From contig CM120640.1 of the NCBI GenBank assembly GCA_051362555.1, forward strand, positions 27,366,503 to 27,430,502: DNA of 64,000 nt, written 5' to 3'. The notes under the pieces were generated by a model that was not told the origin of the DNA, did no database searches, and was given only the letters and a program-made list of their open reading frames with translations. Positions 1 to 14,052 of the stretch are shown in pieces (within the stretch, counting starts at the first letter, position 1; every line of letters starts with the position of its first letter). The position numbers and the translations under genes are program-made. The DNA is from Lingula anatina (lineage: Eukaryota; Animalia; Brachiopoda).

Positions 1-344
1 CAAAAGATGAATAGAATTAAGTATACAAAATGCCAGGTACAAGCAAGGACAAGATTATGATGAACCACAAGAAAAAAGAATAATTCATACGTTTTTCCCT
101 TAAAAACAAAATTCAGCTTTTGTTCCAAAACGCGTCTTTTTAAATCGACAGGCAAATTAACATAAGAACATGGTGTCCATAATATTGTAAACTGCAAAAG
201 CAGTTGCTATGCACCCATTCTATTTATTCATTCATTTAATTTCTTTTGATTTCAATCAAATTAAATTTGAGACAGTGGGGATGTATATAGAGCTGAACAT
301 AGAGCTGCAAAAGGCAAGGTATGAGTACTAGATTAACTTATCAT

Positions 345-428
345 AGACTGCATTCCCACAGATTTTAGATCCATCTATCCCTGTGGGCTGTCACACTAGA
401 TTGCTGTCAGTTTAATCGGCATAAATGT

Positions 429-465
<37 letters not shown>

Positions 466-585
466 ACTAAAAGCTGTAAGGCGGTACTTAACTTTCGTGC
501 GCTCAGCTGACAGCAATTTAGCATGAACCCCCAGGGAGTTAGGTCGATCCAGATGGATCGATCTAAATCTGTGGGAACCTAGTCA
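345..585. mobile_element. MITE, PIF/Harbinger-like family (copy 1)
   Basis: Terminal inverted repeats TTCCCACAGATTT(T)AGATC ... GATCTAAATCTGTGGGAA. Homologous in inverted orientation to 18537-18720 and 63896-64000. Contains a poly-C run. Confidence 0.75.
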
Positions 586-2366
586 TAGACCAAAATAAAA
601 CCTCTCTTGGAAATGCCTAGATTCAATACTGATTTTGGGTGTAGAAATGTGTAAAAACTAGATATGATCTGGAACTACAATGGCTGCAAAAGATTTGCAT
701 AGACTTCACAAGCATTTGACAAAATGCTTATATAACATTCAGAATCTCATCATGGAAATTCATTTTGAGGGCCGATTTAAGTTGAAAGTCCCTTGATCTT
801 ATATTTAACAATGACATTTTAATATCTTATAAATAAATAAATAAATAAAACATTGATTTATATTCAACTGATCAACTTAAACTTCCTTAAAGAGATATGG
901 TGCTGATGGATTTTACAAAATTAAACTGCATTTCAGAGTACAAATGACCAAAATAAATTCTCAATTGGCAACCTCCACTTAAAGATGCAGGAGATACACC
1001 CAACAGGTGCTGGTGTTCAACACATGGCAACTATATATACCAATTTGTAAAAGCTTGCATTGTTTTCAATGCATGAAATTAAAATGAACTGGTGCACTGG
1101 GACTGCTGCATTGATGAATCTCATTTATATAGTGCACAACTAATAACCAGAACGTGCTGCTCTGACGAAGTATTTTCATAAAGGTTAAAATTCACAATTT
1201 CTGTATTATCCACAGGAGAGTTTATCAGTTGTTAATTATCCGTTATTAAGAATAGTGGTTTTGCCCAGATATCCAGTAAAATGTAAATCAATCTCAAGCA
1301 ACTTTTCACGTTGTTACAAGGTTACATTTTCTAGTTGTTGCTTTGTCTATGTGTCTGAACAAGTTAGCTCAAGAAGATCATTGCAAATTGTGGTTAAAAG
1401 TTCAGGATAGAAAGTTATTTAGCAGGGAAAAAACTGATTGCAATTTCAACTGAATCTGTGTCTCAATTTTTTTTTTAGTTTTTTTTTCTCATTTTTTTCT
1501 TTGCAGAGACCTGCTCTCTTGTTAGCTGCTCTCTTCTAGTTGTTAATGTGTCTTGTGTAGCAAGAAGAAAATAGGAATACAAGTATGAAATAACACAATC
1601 GTGAAGGATGCTAGTTTAAAAATTCGACATAGATATTGGTCAGCTAAGACTAATGTACAAACCTTTAACACATGGTCACAAAATACAGATCTATAAAAAG
1701 TTTGAACCTATATTATACCATAGTAGCTTCAATTTCTCTATATTCATACAATGCTTGTCTGCAAAGCTAAGATCCATCTCCTAAGAATATGTTTAAACAT
1801 TTTGACAAACTGCTATCATATCAAAATCAACAGCAGTTAAAACAATCTCACATAAATTTGCAATCAATCAGAAATAAAAGCAGACAAAAGCAGATAGCTT
1901 GAGACTTAAAAACTGCTAAAATATCGTTCTAGTATCCCATAAATCTATACATCTCTTGAAGCCGGCGAGTGGTTGTTTTCTGGACTTGATGTGTGGTTCA
2001 AGTTGAGAAAACTTATTGATTTTAGTGGTGTGATGCACTAGGGTTGGTACACTAGGTCTATAGAAGGTAAATAGCAGTGAAAAGACTGCTTCCCAGTGAT
2101 GATGGGAATCTGCATATTTACTGAAGACATTGAGGTATATTGCAGTAGTATTCAGTATGATTAACAAAACACAATTTGACCACACAATGCCTACTCTGTG
2201 GAAAAAAAATTCCCAACTACCTGGAAAATATTCATAAAGATCAAGCCTGAACACTTCTATTCTCTGATGAATTTGGATTCCATCTTTTTTTGTCTATTTA
2301 CTCAGAGCTAGGAGGCCATTTTATTGGGATAAATTTCTTAAGTAGAAATTAGTATTATATCCATGA

Positions 2367-2404
2367 CATACATACATACATACATACATACATACATACA
2401 TACA

Positions 2405-2436
<32 letters not shown>

Positions 2437-2510
2437 CATACACACGCACACATACATACAATACATACATATACATACACACGCACACATACATACAATA
2501 CATACATATA
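2367..2510. repeat. (TACA)n microsatellite
   Basis: Direct reading. Confidence 0.95.
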
Positions 2511-3693
2511 TAGCTATGCTGGTGTACTAGTAATTCATTTAATTGTGAAAAAAAAGGCTATCCCAGACATAAACAGATATGGGTAATTAGAATATAGCCA
2601 TTTACTGGCTAATATTAAGTATCAACCAAATAGAAATAGTAGAAAGAATCAGTCATTTCAGCTATAATAGGGAAGAGTGAAAAGACTGGCAAATTTTACA
2701 CTTTAATAAAGATAACAAGAAACTGTTGATGAATTCATAAGGGTACACAGACTACACAATGCCAAAATGGGCCATCTCAGAAAATCTCAATGTCAAGATG
2801 ATGTTTTTTTTCATAACATGATTATACTGAATGGCAAAATGGTTAACAGCTTGCCTCCACATCTGGCGAAGAGGTAAAGAGCTGACTTTTAAAGAACAGA
2901 TCAAACGTGTTGATTTCTGTTTCTTGTTCAAAGTGAAAGCTTTGAGTTGAAATGGAAAAAAAAAGAGAGTTGACCTTAATTTGCAATCCTGCATTTTGCC
3001 CCGACAGGTGTCTTTGTGAAAGTGATTTGAATAGAACCTTGAATGATTTGCCACTACCTTGCCAGGCCAGTTCATATCACTAATGAATAATCAATGGCCA
3101 TATCATGGATGACAAAACCCTTGCCTCACAGCATGTATTAAAATTTCCAGGAAAGCATCCACATACAGCTTCTTTATGTTTTCTGTTTTCTCTATTTCAT
3201 TAAGCAAAATAGTGTTCCTAAGTCAATTTTTAAAATAATTTTCAAATTTAGAAATTAAAGTAGGCTAATGCAAACTGAATAACACCCAAGAATAAGTGGT
3301 AATTTCAATTACAGTTATCAACTTGTCTTACTTTAAGTGTTAACTCTTAGACAGAATGATCAAAGAGCAAAAGTAGGAACCACAAATTTCATTTACTACT
3401 TTTTATCTTTTTTTTAAGTCCAAAGCATCCATCTTAAAATGTTGGTAACATCATGTCTGGAGTGCAAATTTAGGTTAAATGAATATTTTCAAATTATGGC
3501 ATAAGGTAGTTAAACCTGCAGTAAGTTCTTTTAATGTAGCAAATAATTTCTACAAATAGTTGCCATGAGATGTCACTAATAATTTACCAGTATAAAAGCA
3601 CACTGCAACACAACATGTAGTAAAAATATAAAAAAATTGACTCAAAAATGTGAAACATAGATCAAGGGGGCCAATGCATGAACTTTCCCAAGA

Positions 3694-4011
3694 CAGGCCT
3701 ACCCAACTACCAGACTCAGCACTGAATGATCCTGAATTCACCATAATATTGGACCACATTACCCGTTTTCAAGGTGTGTGTCAGTACGCGCTTCGAAGTA
3801 TCAGACGCGACACCGCTCTTGCCTAGTACGCGATGTGATAGTGATGATTCTCAGCGGGGTTGAAAAGTAGTGCATCTCATCTCAAAATTTGTTTTGGGAT
3901 ATGATACTGTGAAATGCCTACTGACGCACACCTTGAAAATGAGAAATGTGGTCCGATCTACCGGTGAATTCGGGATCATTTGGTGCAGAGTCTGGTAGTT
4001 GGGAAGGCCTG
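3694..4011. mobile_element. MITE with long TIRs and 5-bp TSD (hAT5-like)
   Basis: About 110-bp imperfect TIRs starting CAGGCCT(A/T)CCCAACTACCAGACTC. CAAGA is duplicated on both flanks. Confidence 0.8.
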
Positions 4012-4234
4012 CAAGAGCCTTGCTTTAAATTTGGTAGTTTCATCTAATCCTATCTCAACTTAATGTGCTAAATATGTTTCATGACCTTGGTGACCTTGAG
4101 AGGTTAAATTTGGTGGTCTTCTCTGACATACATTAAGGTACAGGTATTCTTTACTTAATAATTAGTTTTTGAGTTTGTGTTTGTTCTACTTGCTACTGTT
4201 CTGAGATGCAATGGACGACAGGGTTTTCACTTAC

Positions 4235-6380
4235 TTTCATTTGTGGCTGGAGCAGATAGAATTTCACTGTGTTTCTTTTTTACTTGGTCTACATTTTCAG
4301 CTATCTTGTCTATCATCCCTCGTATTTCTTCAACCTAAAAAGAAAAACATATATTGTTAGAATAACGTACTCTAAGATAATTCCTTCAAACTTGGGTATA
4401 TATACTAGATTTTACTAATTTTTTTAGATTGATTTTTACTCCAATGAGAGAAATGGCAAAGGGGGGATCATTTGGCACAACCAGTAGATTCAAGATTTTC
4501 CTTTCAAAATTAATTTTGCTTAAAAAATTTTTATTTTCGACATTTTTTTGTTGATACAAAGATTTTTCTACTATTAAAATATCCTTGTTTATTTGACAAA
4601 TTGAAATTAAAAACAAGAAGTGGGAATTTATCTTTCTTTTTGTTGCATCTAAATGGAGTAATTTCATAAATGTCAAAACCTTGACTACATTCAATTGTAC
4701 ATTGGTCCTAGCAGAATTGAACAGAACTTGGCAATACTTTGAGCATTTGTCTAATCCAGACAGGATCTGTCAGTTACAAATGAAGCATTATTGAATTTTC
4801 CAGCATTAACTGTAAGTAGACTTGAAGAGGCTTGATAAAGAGTTTGAGTTCAAGTTCTTGCAAGAGAGCACTTCTGATGATCAGAATAGTTTCTAAAAGC
4901 TTACATGACCGCATGGCTACTTGAGGTTAATGATAAGTTTAAAAAAAAAGCCCAGATTTACAAAAGTGAAAATTGTCTGTCATTCATCAAGCTTCATATA
5001 ACATTTTGCATTACTATTTGTTAGGTTTATTGATCTTGACAGTATCTGTCACTATTTTCTTAAAGCTTTAAGCAAATTCCCTAGGGGACCCAGTCATATG
5101 ATGATGTCCACTCTAGGCATGTTTATTTGTGCACTTTCTTTGATAGATTATAAATAAAATTGTCGTACTGACAAACTGCCAGATCTTAATTCCAATTCAA
5201 AGGAAGGATCTAATGCTATTGAAAGCCTTTCATGCATTATTCATAATTTTGAAGAACGTTAAAGAATATTCAGGGATAAAAAATGACTGTGCTTCATGTT
5301 AACTACACTTACCATGTCATTTAATAATCTAGCTGATCACTTTTAGAAATCCCAAAAATCTTTTTTTAATTGAAATATCACTTTTCAAAATATATATGTA
5401 AAACTGCATAATTATATATCAGCAGAAATACAAATAAGCGCAAAATCAAAATCATTTTAACTTAAAATTGGTAAGCAATTTTCAGAAAACAATCATGGAC
5501 TTATTTATAGGAGGACAATATTCTAACCTGACATACTATTTGTTATATACAAAACAAAAGCAATTTTCATCAGAGAACTAACCCTCCTGGATATACAAGC
5601 TATCCAGAATCAATTCAATGAACTGGCAAGCAAAGATGTTCAGGAAAGATTACCGTCAATTAACATGATGCCATTACAGCCAAAAAATCAATGAAAATTA
5701 ATGGATACATCACAAAATCCAAAATAGATTAGCATAAATCCATTTTCAAAGGCAAGAATTTGCAAAAAGTCGCAAATACGATATACAAAGTAGAGGGCAG
5801 TTTGAAATATAATTCACAAATGAAGGGTTATCAGTATTTTTTTTTTCGTTCAAGTGTCATGTTAAAACATTTAATGTTGCAAGCCAAGTGCACTTTTCCT
5901 CCTAAAGTATAATCTTTTTATGTGCTGTTCCTGGGAAATTCACACCTTAAAAATGGCTTTCCAAACACTTTTCTCTGCAGAACAACAATAAACCCTACCA
6001 GGGGAAAATGTCGATATGAGAACAGTGACCAAGGCATGCCAATCAATAGGCTACATCTGGTGGCACTTATCTCCTATGATTTACAACCGCAGTTCTTTAT
6101 ATTTAATGATTGACTTCTTTTCTCTGAGAAAACATTTTAACAGATACTAGTAAGTTAGTGTTAAAATGCTCCTGAGCAAAAATGTTAAGGGTATTCTTTA
6201 AAGAAAATTTTTTTAATGAGCAAATAAAATTTTGAGCAAGATTCATCTTCTTATATATGAAATCAATTTTAAGTGGCACTATCACTAGATATAATAACCA
6301 CTCCATAGCAAAGCTTGTCAGAGGGGAAATGGAAAATGGGGATAAATCTGAGTTTGAGTTTATGTGGCAACTTTATAATC

Positions 6381-6426
<46 letters not shown>

Positions 6427-9400
6427 AAAAAGGTAGAGCATATATAAAATTTACATAACTCAAACTCCAAAGTTAGCGAGTTCAGAAATTGTTACTAGAG
6501 ATACCTGTTGTGACCATGTCGGGCTTGTTTAGGCTGACCATTCACTTACTTATCCAAGCACCTCACGGGAGGCTTGACCCATCTCACCCCTCTCCAAGTA
6601 ATTCCTGCATTATTTGAGATCTGTGGACTGATATGACAGAGACTTTGATGTACTTCTCACTGTTGCCAGTGCCAACTATACAGGTGCTCAACCAAAGGTA
6701 AAATTTTATTGGAATTGACCAGACAAGTTTAGTCCAATGATGGCCTAACCCATTTCCAGTAAAAGTCACCTTAATTGAGTTAAAAAAGTTAGATGTTTAC
6801 CAAATGTCAAAGATACTCCATTTTGGTTATAAAAGGCAAAGCATATATAGATCTGTAAAAAAAAACCTGGCACTTAATTGTTGTTTTAACCAGGTTTTAA
6901 CTGATTAAAATTTGTTTTGGGTAAAAAAAACATCCATTTATCTGTAAATCATATAAATTCTCACAATAGAGTGAGTCCATAATATTTCACAATGGCCAGC
7001 ATGTCTATCTTAATAGTACATATTGATCACTGTGAGAATAAAACTATAAATAGCCACTGATTTATGTCTCAATATAGGGACTCCACCTAAGATATGGCCC
7101 ATATATGTTCAAAGTTATTCTATGTTATCTTTATGTTGGAGCAGTGACATTGGCAATGACTGATAAAAGGGCCTTAGAGACCTGTGCAGGACTATAATTA
7201 ATTGAACAGGATTAGAAAACAGTAAGAAGACGCAGTAAATCTGAACAATATTTTACTGACATACACAGGTTGAGCATAAATCATTTATAATGGCATTATT
7301 CCCTGATAATAAAAATATGTTACATCTTTTTTTAAATATAAATTTCAGCAAGTAATATCTAACAGAGGCTTTTTCAAGATCAAATTCTGACAAGTGTGGT
7401 AATGAAGATGTAACAGTCTACATTTGGCTAGGCTAACCTTAAGCCTTAAAATTTCCTTGATGAATTTTTTATATAAAATGTTCCAATGAAATAATTCAAC
7501 AATCATTCCTACAAGTGCTAATTCTTAGGTGTTGATTCATCAATTTTCCAAGTAACAGGCTCATAGCATAGTCTATAGCATATTATCTCTGGTCTTAATC
7601 AATGTGATGAAATTAACCAAACTTGAAGTTGAGCTGTACATTCAATCAATCTTTCAAAGGACTCTGTCATGGTGACTGTGCAATAATTACAAGCTATCCC
7701 GGAAACCTCCAAATGAAGCATACTGAGCTATACGTCCTATGAGGCTAGTACGTTCACATAATGAATGACGGAATCATCAAGATTGGCTGATTCATCAACA
7801 GGCATGAATTTGAGAATCAGCAAAGTGAAATCTGGGGGAGATATCATGGCAACACCTGAAACTTCAATTGATCCAACACAGATTCTGATATATTTGCTTC
7901 TCTAAAACTCTCCTGTCTATTGATTTTGTATTCCAGCAGCTGGTGTAATGGGAAAAAGAAAGGTTGTATTGAACTGAACCTTCTGGAGAGAGGGATACAT
8001 TTAGCTTGATAGCAAATTCACTACCATTGATTAAGGCAACAAACAGAGCCATCTTTCATCATTGTCCATACTTGAGATTCTCTTATGAAAAGGCTGTGCA
8101 CATATTATAAACACAGCTAGAGGGTTTGGGCGGGATTTGGCAATGAAACAATGTACTTTTTACCATAAACCAAAACAACAGCCACAGACAAACGACTGGG
8201 CAGTTACATCTATGCATAATTTAAACTGATTATAACCATCTACAACTGGTGAAGTGCTGGTTAATGTATATCAAATAGTTAGAAGAATATAATCTTTGCT
8301 TCATCCTGAGTTTCAAGTATGAAAGATTAATATTATTATCATTATCAATAATAATATCATATATGCTGTATCATAAGTGTGTACATATTTGCCAAGTTGA
8401 CCCCATTACTTTGAATTTCTCAGATGATCACTTTTAATCCAGTAAATAGAACAAAAAATAAATTTTATATATATCATAATATGTTAAGGTAAATGACTGA
8501 CTATCCTAAAAGTAAGCCAATCTCAGAACAGCCAGTTTTTGTCTCATGTAAAAAACATGACATAAACATCTTATAATTGACTTAAATTCATAGATGAAGT
8601 ATAAAATATCTGACAATATTGTAAAAATTTCTCCTTTTCTTATCTATAGCATTCAAACACACACAACTAACTTCCCAATGAAGAAGGTCAGATGGGAACC
8701 TGCACTACTACTTTATTAATGAACTGCTTCAATTAGGTGGGTAATTACGACATATACAAATGGATAAGAATTCGACTGATCACACCTGCTGTTAGCTGAG
8801 ATGATTGCACCAGTTCAAAGACTGTCACAACACAAAGCCCACACATTCAGGGCATGAAACCAATAGGTTTCTGCAACACAGACCATTTACAAGATATTTT
8901 GTCAACAACAACAAGTGAGGCTCACTCTTAAATTCTGTCCCAGCCAAGTAGCTGAAAATTTACCCAGATAAACATATTGAATAAAACACACTTATGCACA
9001 CACACACGTGAGCCAGACAACATGATGAGCAAATGTCGACAAACACATATTCATGATGGTAAATTGTTTAGATACAACAATGGCACGCATGGAAAATGTT
9101 CAGGATAGATCCAACAGTCAACCTAAAAATACTTCATTCATCATCTTTAAACATAGTTGACATCTATATGAATGAAAGAACACACATTAAATGCTCAGTC
9201 TGTTGCATCTTTTATCCCCTAAAAAACAGGCACGTTGATCAATTTAATAGCATTACTTTTACTATAATGCAATTATAGGTGCCAACAATAATGTGCAATT
9301 TGATTAATCTAATGCTACGGTGATATTCCCTTCTCAAAACCAACCTGTTCAAAGAATTCTTCCATAAAACCACCTCCTCCATCCAAAGTAACTGTAACAT

Positions 9401-11847
9401 CATCTTGGCTTTCATCTTCATCACTCTGGGCCTAGGGGGAAAAAAATCAAAAATAAATATGCTACATGAATATAAAATGGCTTAAACATGACAATTACGA
9501 ATCAAAGGCTGTAACAGCAACAAATGCCTTGACAGCCCAGATAGCTCAAATTGTTTTGTTAATTTGGCTATCTAGTATCATAAATGAGTACTACTGTATT
9601 TTCCATGAAAATACAGTAGTATCATAAATGAGTACTACTGTATTTTCATGGAAAACAGTAGTCTTTAAAATTCTAATGAATATACATACAAACTTTACTG
9701 AAAGTAATGACTTTGACAGTTTTGGACAGCTTTGTTTACAGGAGCAGGTGTGAGGGTAGAAGTAAGGTAGTCCTAGAAGAGACACAAACAAAAGAGAAGC
9801 AAAAAAAAAAAAAAAATCTTGGCTTCTGTATGTTGCAGTACTTATGTAGTGAGGATACCTTATTGCAAAAATATATGTATCATGACATTTCAGAAAAAAC
9901 AGGGACTTGCTGCAATGCCTAGTTTTGAACTTGTTCTGCTTTTAAGCCATATTTGCAATTTCTACGTTTCAAAGAAAATGGTAAGTTAAATTTCAACTTA
10001 CTGGTATATCAAGAAGTGTGTATACCTTCTGCTCAGACTCTGCTATTACTTAAACTTACAAATATTAAGATCCAATTATCTAAATTAACAATTATGTTGG
10101 TGGCCATAGAATACCAGTATAATTCTGTAACTCCATGAAACTGTGTGCAAACTTCAACCATTAAATTTGTATTGTGATGCCTCGTGTCATTTTTGTTTTT
10201 ATTTTATCATTGTTCTATTCCTCTACTTTTCTCTCTAATAAATTGACACCAGAAATGAGTCAACCTCATAACAATCACACAACTCTGCCATTTTATATGT
10301 CACCTCAATTTCTAAGAAAGGGCCAACCCAAATGTAGTGCTTTCTATATCAAGTATTTCACAATCAAAGTACACATGCAGAAATGCCCCAGATTCATGTA
10401 TACAGGATAAACATGATGCTAACACGACACAATCTTAACAACTCAGGGGAAAAAATCTACTCTGGTTTAAATCTGGTTGGCTACTATCACTTGACAGGAA
10501 TGTTGATTTGGTGTAGAACCATACCTGACATCAGGCACTAAAGGGATGTTGTTTTGTACACAAGAGATTATCGAGGGAGAAAAAGTTTGGTGTATATGTA
10601 TAAAGACATAATTGTAATATAGGCAGGTAATATTACATTTATTCATTATATCTATAGTTCTGTAAATTGCTCATATTATATTGATCAGAGAAAACTGAAA
10701 TTCAATCAGTCGCTATCAATTTTAGAATAACCTACCTTGTAACATTACAATACAATACTTTATGTAAAATGATGAAAAATAAATATATATATTTATATAT
10801 TCACACAAAAAAAATGAATTTCAGAGACTTGATACACAACTGTACAAGCATAAGGAGGTAATAAAACTGAGCAGGCAATAAGACAATAAAATCACAAGCT
10901 TTCATTAAAAATCTCCCAATTTTTCCTGTATATCTATGCTGACATCAATTTATGGCCAATGGTCTGTCACAACTATGGCTGAAAAAGAAAGCACTAACTA
11001 CATCCTAGTTCAAGATAAAAACTCTACAATGGTGGTCCATCCAACAACAGACAGATTCTCTTCTGAATGTTCTTCCTGAATTTAATATGTCAGATAGAGA
11101 GTATGAAAGTTTCTGAACAAACTAAAACAAGCCCATATCTGAAAAGAAACTTGCATTATTTTGCCATACTTAAAAAAAACTATTGATGCAAGATAAAAGA
11201 GAAAAATTAAAATGTTTTAAATATAAGTAATTATCTATATTTTGGTATTATGCCTACCAAAAGAGATGAATTTTCTTAAAATAATTTTATTTGCAAATTT
11301 TCAAAGGAAAAATTGATAGATCTTTCACAGCACAACCCAACTTCTCAATTTCACTTTTAAGTGAATTTCATTTAAAAAAAGCCCTTGCAATTTTTCTCCT
11401 TCATAAATATATAGTTTTTTTTTTTGTGTGTGAAAACCAGTCGCCCTAAAACGGGTACACCATTGCGAATATTTGTTCACAGTGTATTACTACTGAGCGA
11501 GATATGCCTCTGTATCAGCTGGATGGCTCAGACACAGCGCAGTTGACACACTTCTTCTATGTCAACAAATGTAAAGTCTACGACTCTGACTACGACGGGG
11601 TGCAACTTGCACAAGGATTTAACAAGAGCCTATATCGTAACTATGTATTATGTATCAAATTTAGAGCCAAAACATATTTTCACATCAGATTCATTTAAGT
11701 CCAAAAAGTAAATAAATATAACTAAATACGGTGTGGCCATTTTGATTCTGAAGCAAACACTCCAGTGCATAGTGCCGAGCACTTGAAATAAAATGAATCA
11801 TACGAGATACCCACCGCTTTCAGGGCGGCCAACCTATCCCTCGTCAT
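4235..11847 (-). CDS. STX1A: Syntaxin-1 family t-SNARE, first three coding exons (gene continues left, probably beyond the window)
   Basis: Exons 11847-11815 ([11 protein letters not shown]), 9431-9345 ([29 protein letters not shown]) and 4334-4235 ([33 protein letters not shown]). All have GT-AG boundaries with compatible phases (0,0,1). Matches the syntaxin-1 N-peptide and Ha helix. The symbol denotes the STX1/2/3 group. Exon 4 was not found in 1-4234. Confidence 0.93.
6382..6425. repeat. (CA)n microsatellite
   Basis: Direct reading. Confidence 0.95.
9573..9662. repeat. 44-bp tandem duplication containing a hairpin
   Basis: TAGTATCATAAATGAGTACTACTGTATTTTCCATGAAAATACAG at 9573, repeated from 9617. 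Confidence 0.85.
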
Positions 11848-14010
11848 CTTCCGAACGCTGTGACCTTAACTGTTCCTGGATAATTCACAGATAAACTATT
11901 TCATTTAAACTCTGCATAGAACAAATGTAAGATAAGGGCAAAAATACAGAAAAATCAATAAAATTGTAATATTTCCAAGCTGAAGATGTCCATAAGCACG
12001 CATGCGTGAGGCGTATCTCCAGCTTCCGGGGTTGAGTACTAATTTAGTCACCAAACCCAAAAGAGCTCTTACACAGGGTAATGGTAAAATGCGCAACGGG
12101 AAACACATTGGCAGCTACTTCAAACTGTAAAACAACTTCCAAAATTACCTTCTCAAAAAGCAAATACAGATAATCACTTACACTTACTATATATGTGTAT
12201 TCTCTTTCTGTCTGCATGATGCAATCTGAATCTGAAATAAAACATGTTTCAAAGAAACATCTTTTAAATATCTTTTAAATTTAAAATACGACTAAAAACG
12301 GGAAATAAGACAAAACCTACAGTCGAATGAACGAATGAATTCGAGTTGGCATTGGCCTTTGAGTATTGAGGATCCTACCGTAAACCTGTCATGATCTGTT
12401 CCAATTAGTATTTTAACTTATATGTTAAAACGAAGTCAAAACATGCTTTTTCTATGGCTTTTTTTCCATCAAAAGAATCTTACTTCTTCCTCAAGTGTTA
12501 TTTTGAAATATCTTATAATGGGTCACGTTTGAGCCTTAAGATATGCATTAAATATAAAAAATGGTGCATTTTGCAGTTTCACAAGTGGTTCCTTTTACTA
12601 AATCGGGCCAGGTTTTTATTTGTGCGTTCTGGGTGACCATATACACGGTAAATGTAGATTCTGGACTAAACTTCCCGAGCCAACCCGCGAGTTTCATGAA
12701 AAAGTTTAAAAAATATTTACTAGTATTGTAATATTGTATTTTATATGTTGTGAAAAATGCTGCATTATAATAAACTGAGGAACAACCTGGTTGTACATCT
12801 AATATACAGCATGAATACATGATTTGACTTTTTCTGCTGATGATTTCGGCGCAAATGATATTGGTATGATACTCCTCTTCTCAAATTCTCCTCCAATCCG
12901 TTGACAGACAGTCTAATGTCTGAGACGATGTTTTAGTCAAAGAATCCGATCAATTTTGTAAAACAGTAAAAGTATTTGAGGAATTCTTTACTACTGCTTT
13001 ACTAAAATATATATATATAATGTTTAATAGCTTTTTCGGTTATTGGCTACGCTATCTACGCGCGGAGGCTCATATAGGCTAACGGCATTCTAGAAGGGAA
13101 AAATTTTGTTAGGAAAGAAAATTAACTTAAAACACGTAGGCCTATTTATGAATAAATGAATAAAAGGGAAAAGTTGACTTTTTGTTCTGGAGTAAATAAA
13201 TATCGACATCGTGATCAAATTTTGTGTAAGGCAGTATCTTGATCGACAGGGCTACGTGCAACAAGGGGGGTCTTTTTCTGAAAAAGTGGACCTTTTACCA
13301 TGACACTTTCTTGTACTTGATTAATTTTTACCCAGAGTGGACGTTTTTCGGGCAAAAAGGGTGGTTCGTACGCCCCCCAGCCCTATTTCGGCTATTTAGC
13401 GACCTATTTGTCACCGTTTTAAATTTAAAGGACATGCATTATGGGGTTCAAATATTTCAATAAAAAAAAAAAAAAAATGAAATTGTGCATGATTTACACA
13501 ATTGATATGTCAGAAATATAAGATAGCTCATCAGAATTACAAACATGGTTTTCTTTTTTAGTAAATGGAAAATACAAAGACCTACGATATGCCTAACGAA
13601 GACACGTAGAAAAAGATCTGAAGGACGATGAAAATCCGTTTATAGACCCCCATTTCCCGCCTCGGCACTTGATTTTATGAATGGGTGTAATATGGACAGT
13701 TATTTAAGTGAGTCTTATAACCAGTGATAAACCCAAAATGCGGTCTAGGAGAGGAAAGATCGAATGAAGCCTCCACGCCCCCCCCCCACGTTCAGTAAAT
13801 TGCAACCTAATTTACTACGATTTTAGAGAAAAATACAAAATGCTGTTTTATAAGAGTGGCAGAGGTAATATCTAAAATGATATGTATTCCTAAAAATCCT
13901 TTCTTTTTCTTTTTTTTAACATTCTCGTCTGTAAAAACGGTCCCAATGCCTGTGACTTCACGTAATTGGAATATCAGGCGCGAAGCTGGTTTGAACTGGA
14001 TGCTGGGATT

Positions 14011-14052
14011 CCACTTCCTCTTTCTGCACAACGCCATTTTAACGCAATAGAG
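14011..14052 (+). promoter_or_regulatory. Probable RAN non-coding first exon with polypyrimidine (TCT/TOP-like) initiator and YY1-type motif
   Basis: CTTCCTCTTTCT (14014-14025), CGCCATTTT (14032-14040), then donor AG|GTGAGT at 14052/14053. The acceptor at 15242 lies just before the ATG. The surrounding region is CpG-enriched. Confidence 0.7.

Noticed and set aside
1916-3075. ORFs of 107-112 aa inside the syntaxin intron
   Set aside because: No recognisable domain and no match to the expected syntaxin exon 4.
6545-6650. GTAAGT donor on the minus strand suggesting a duplicated syntaxin exon 3
   Set aside because: No acceptor at a matching distance and no syntaxin-like peptide.
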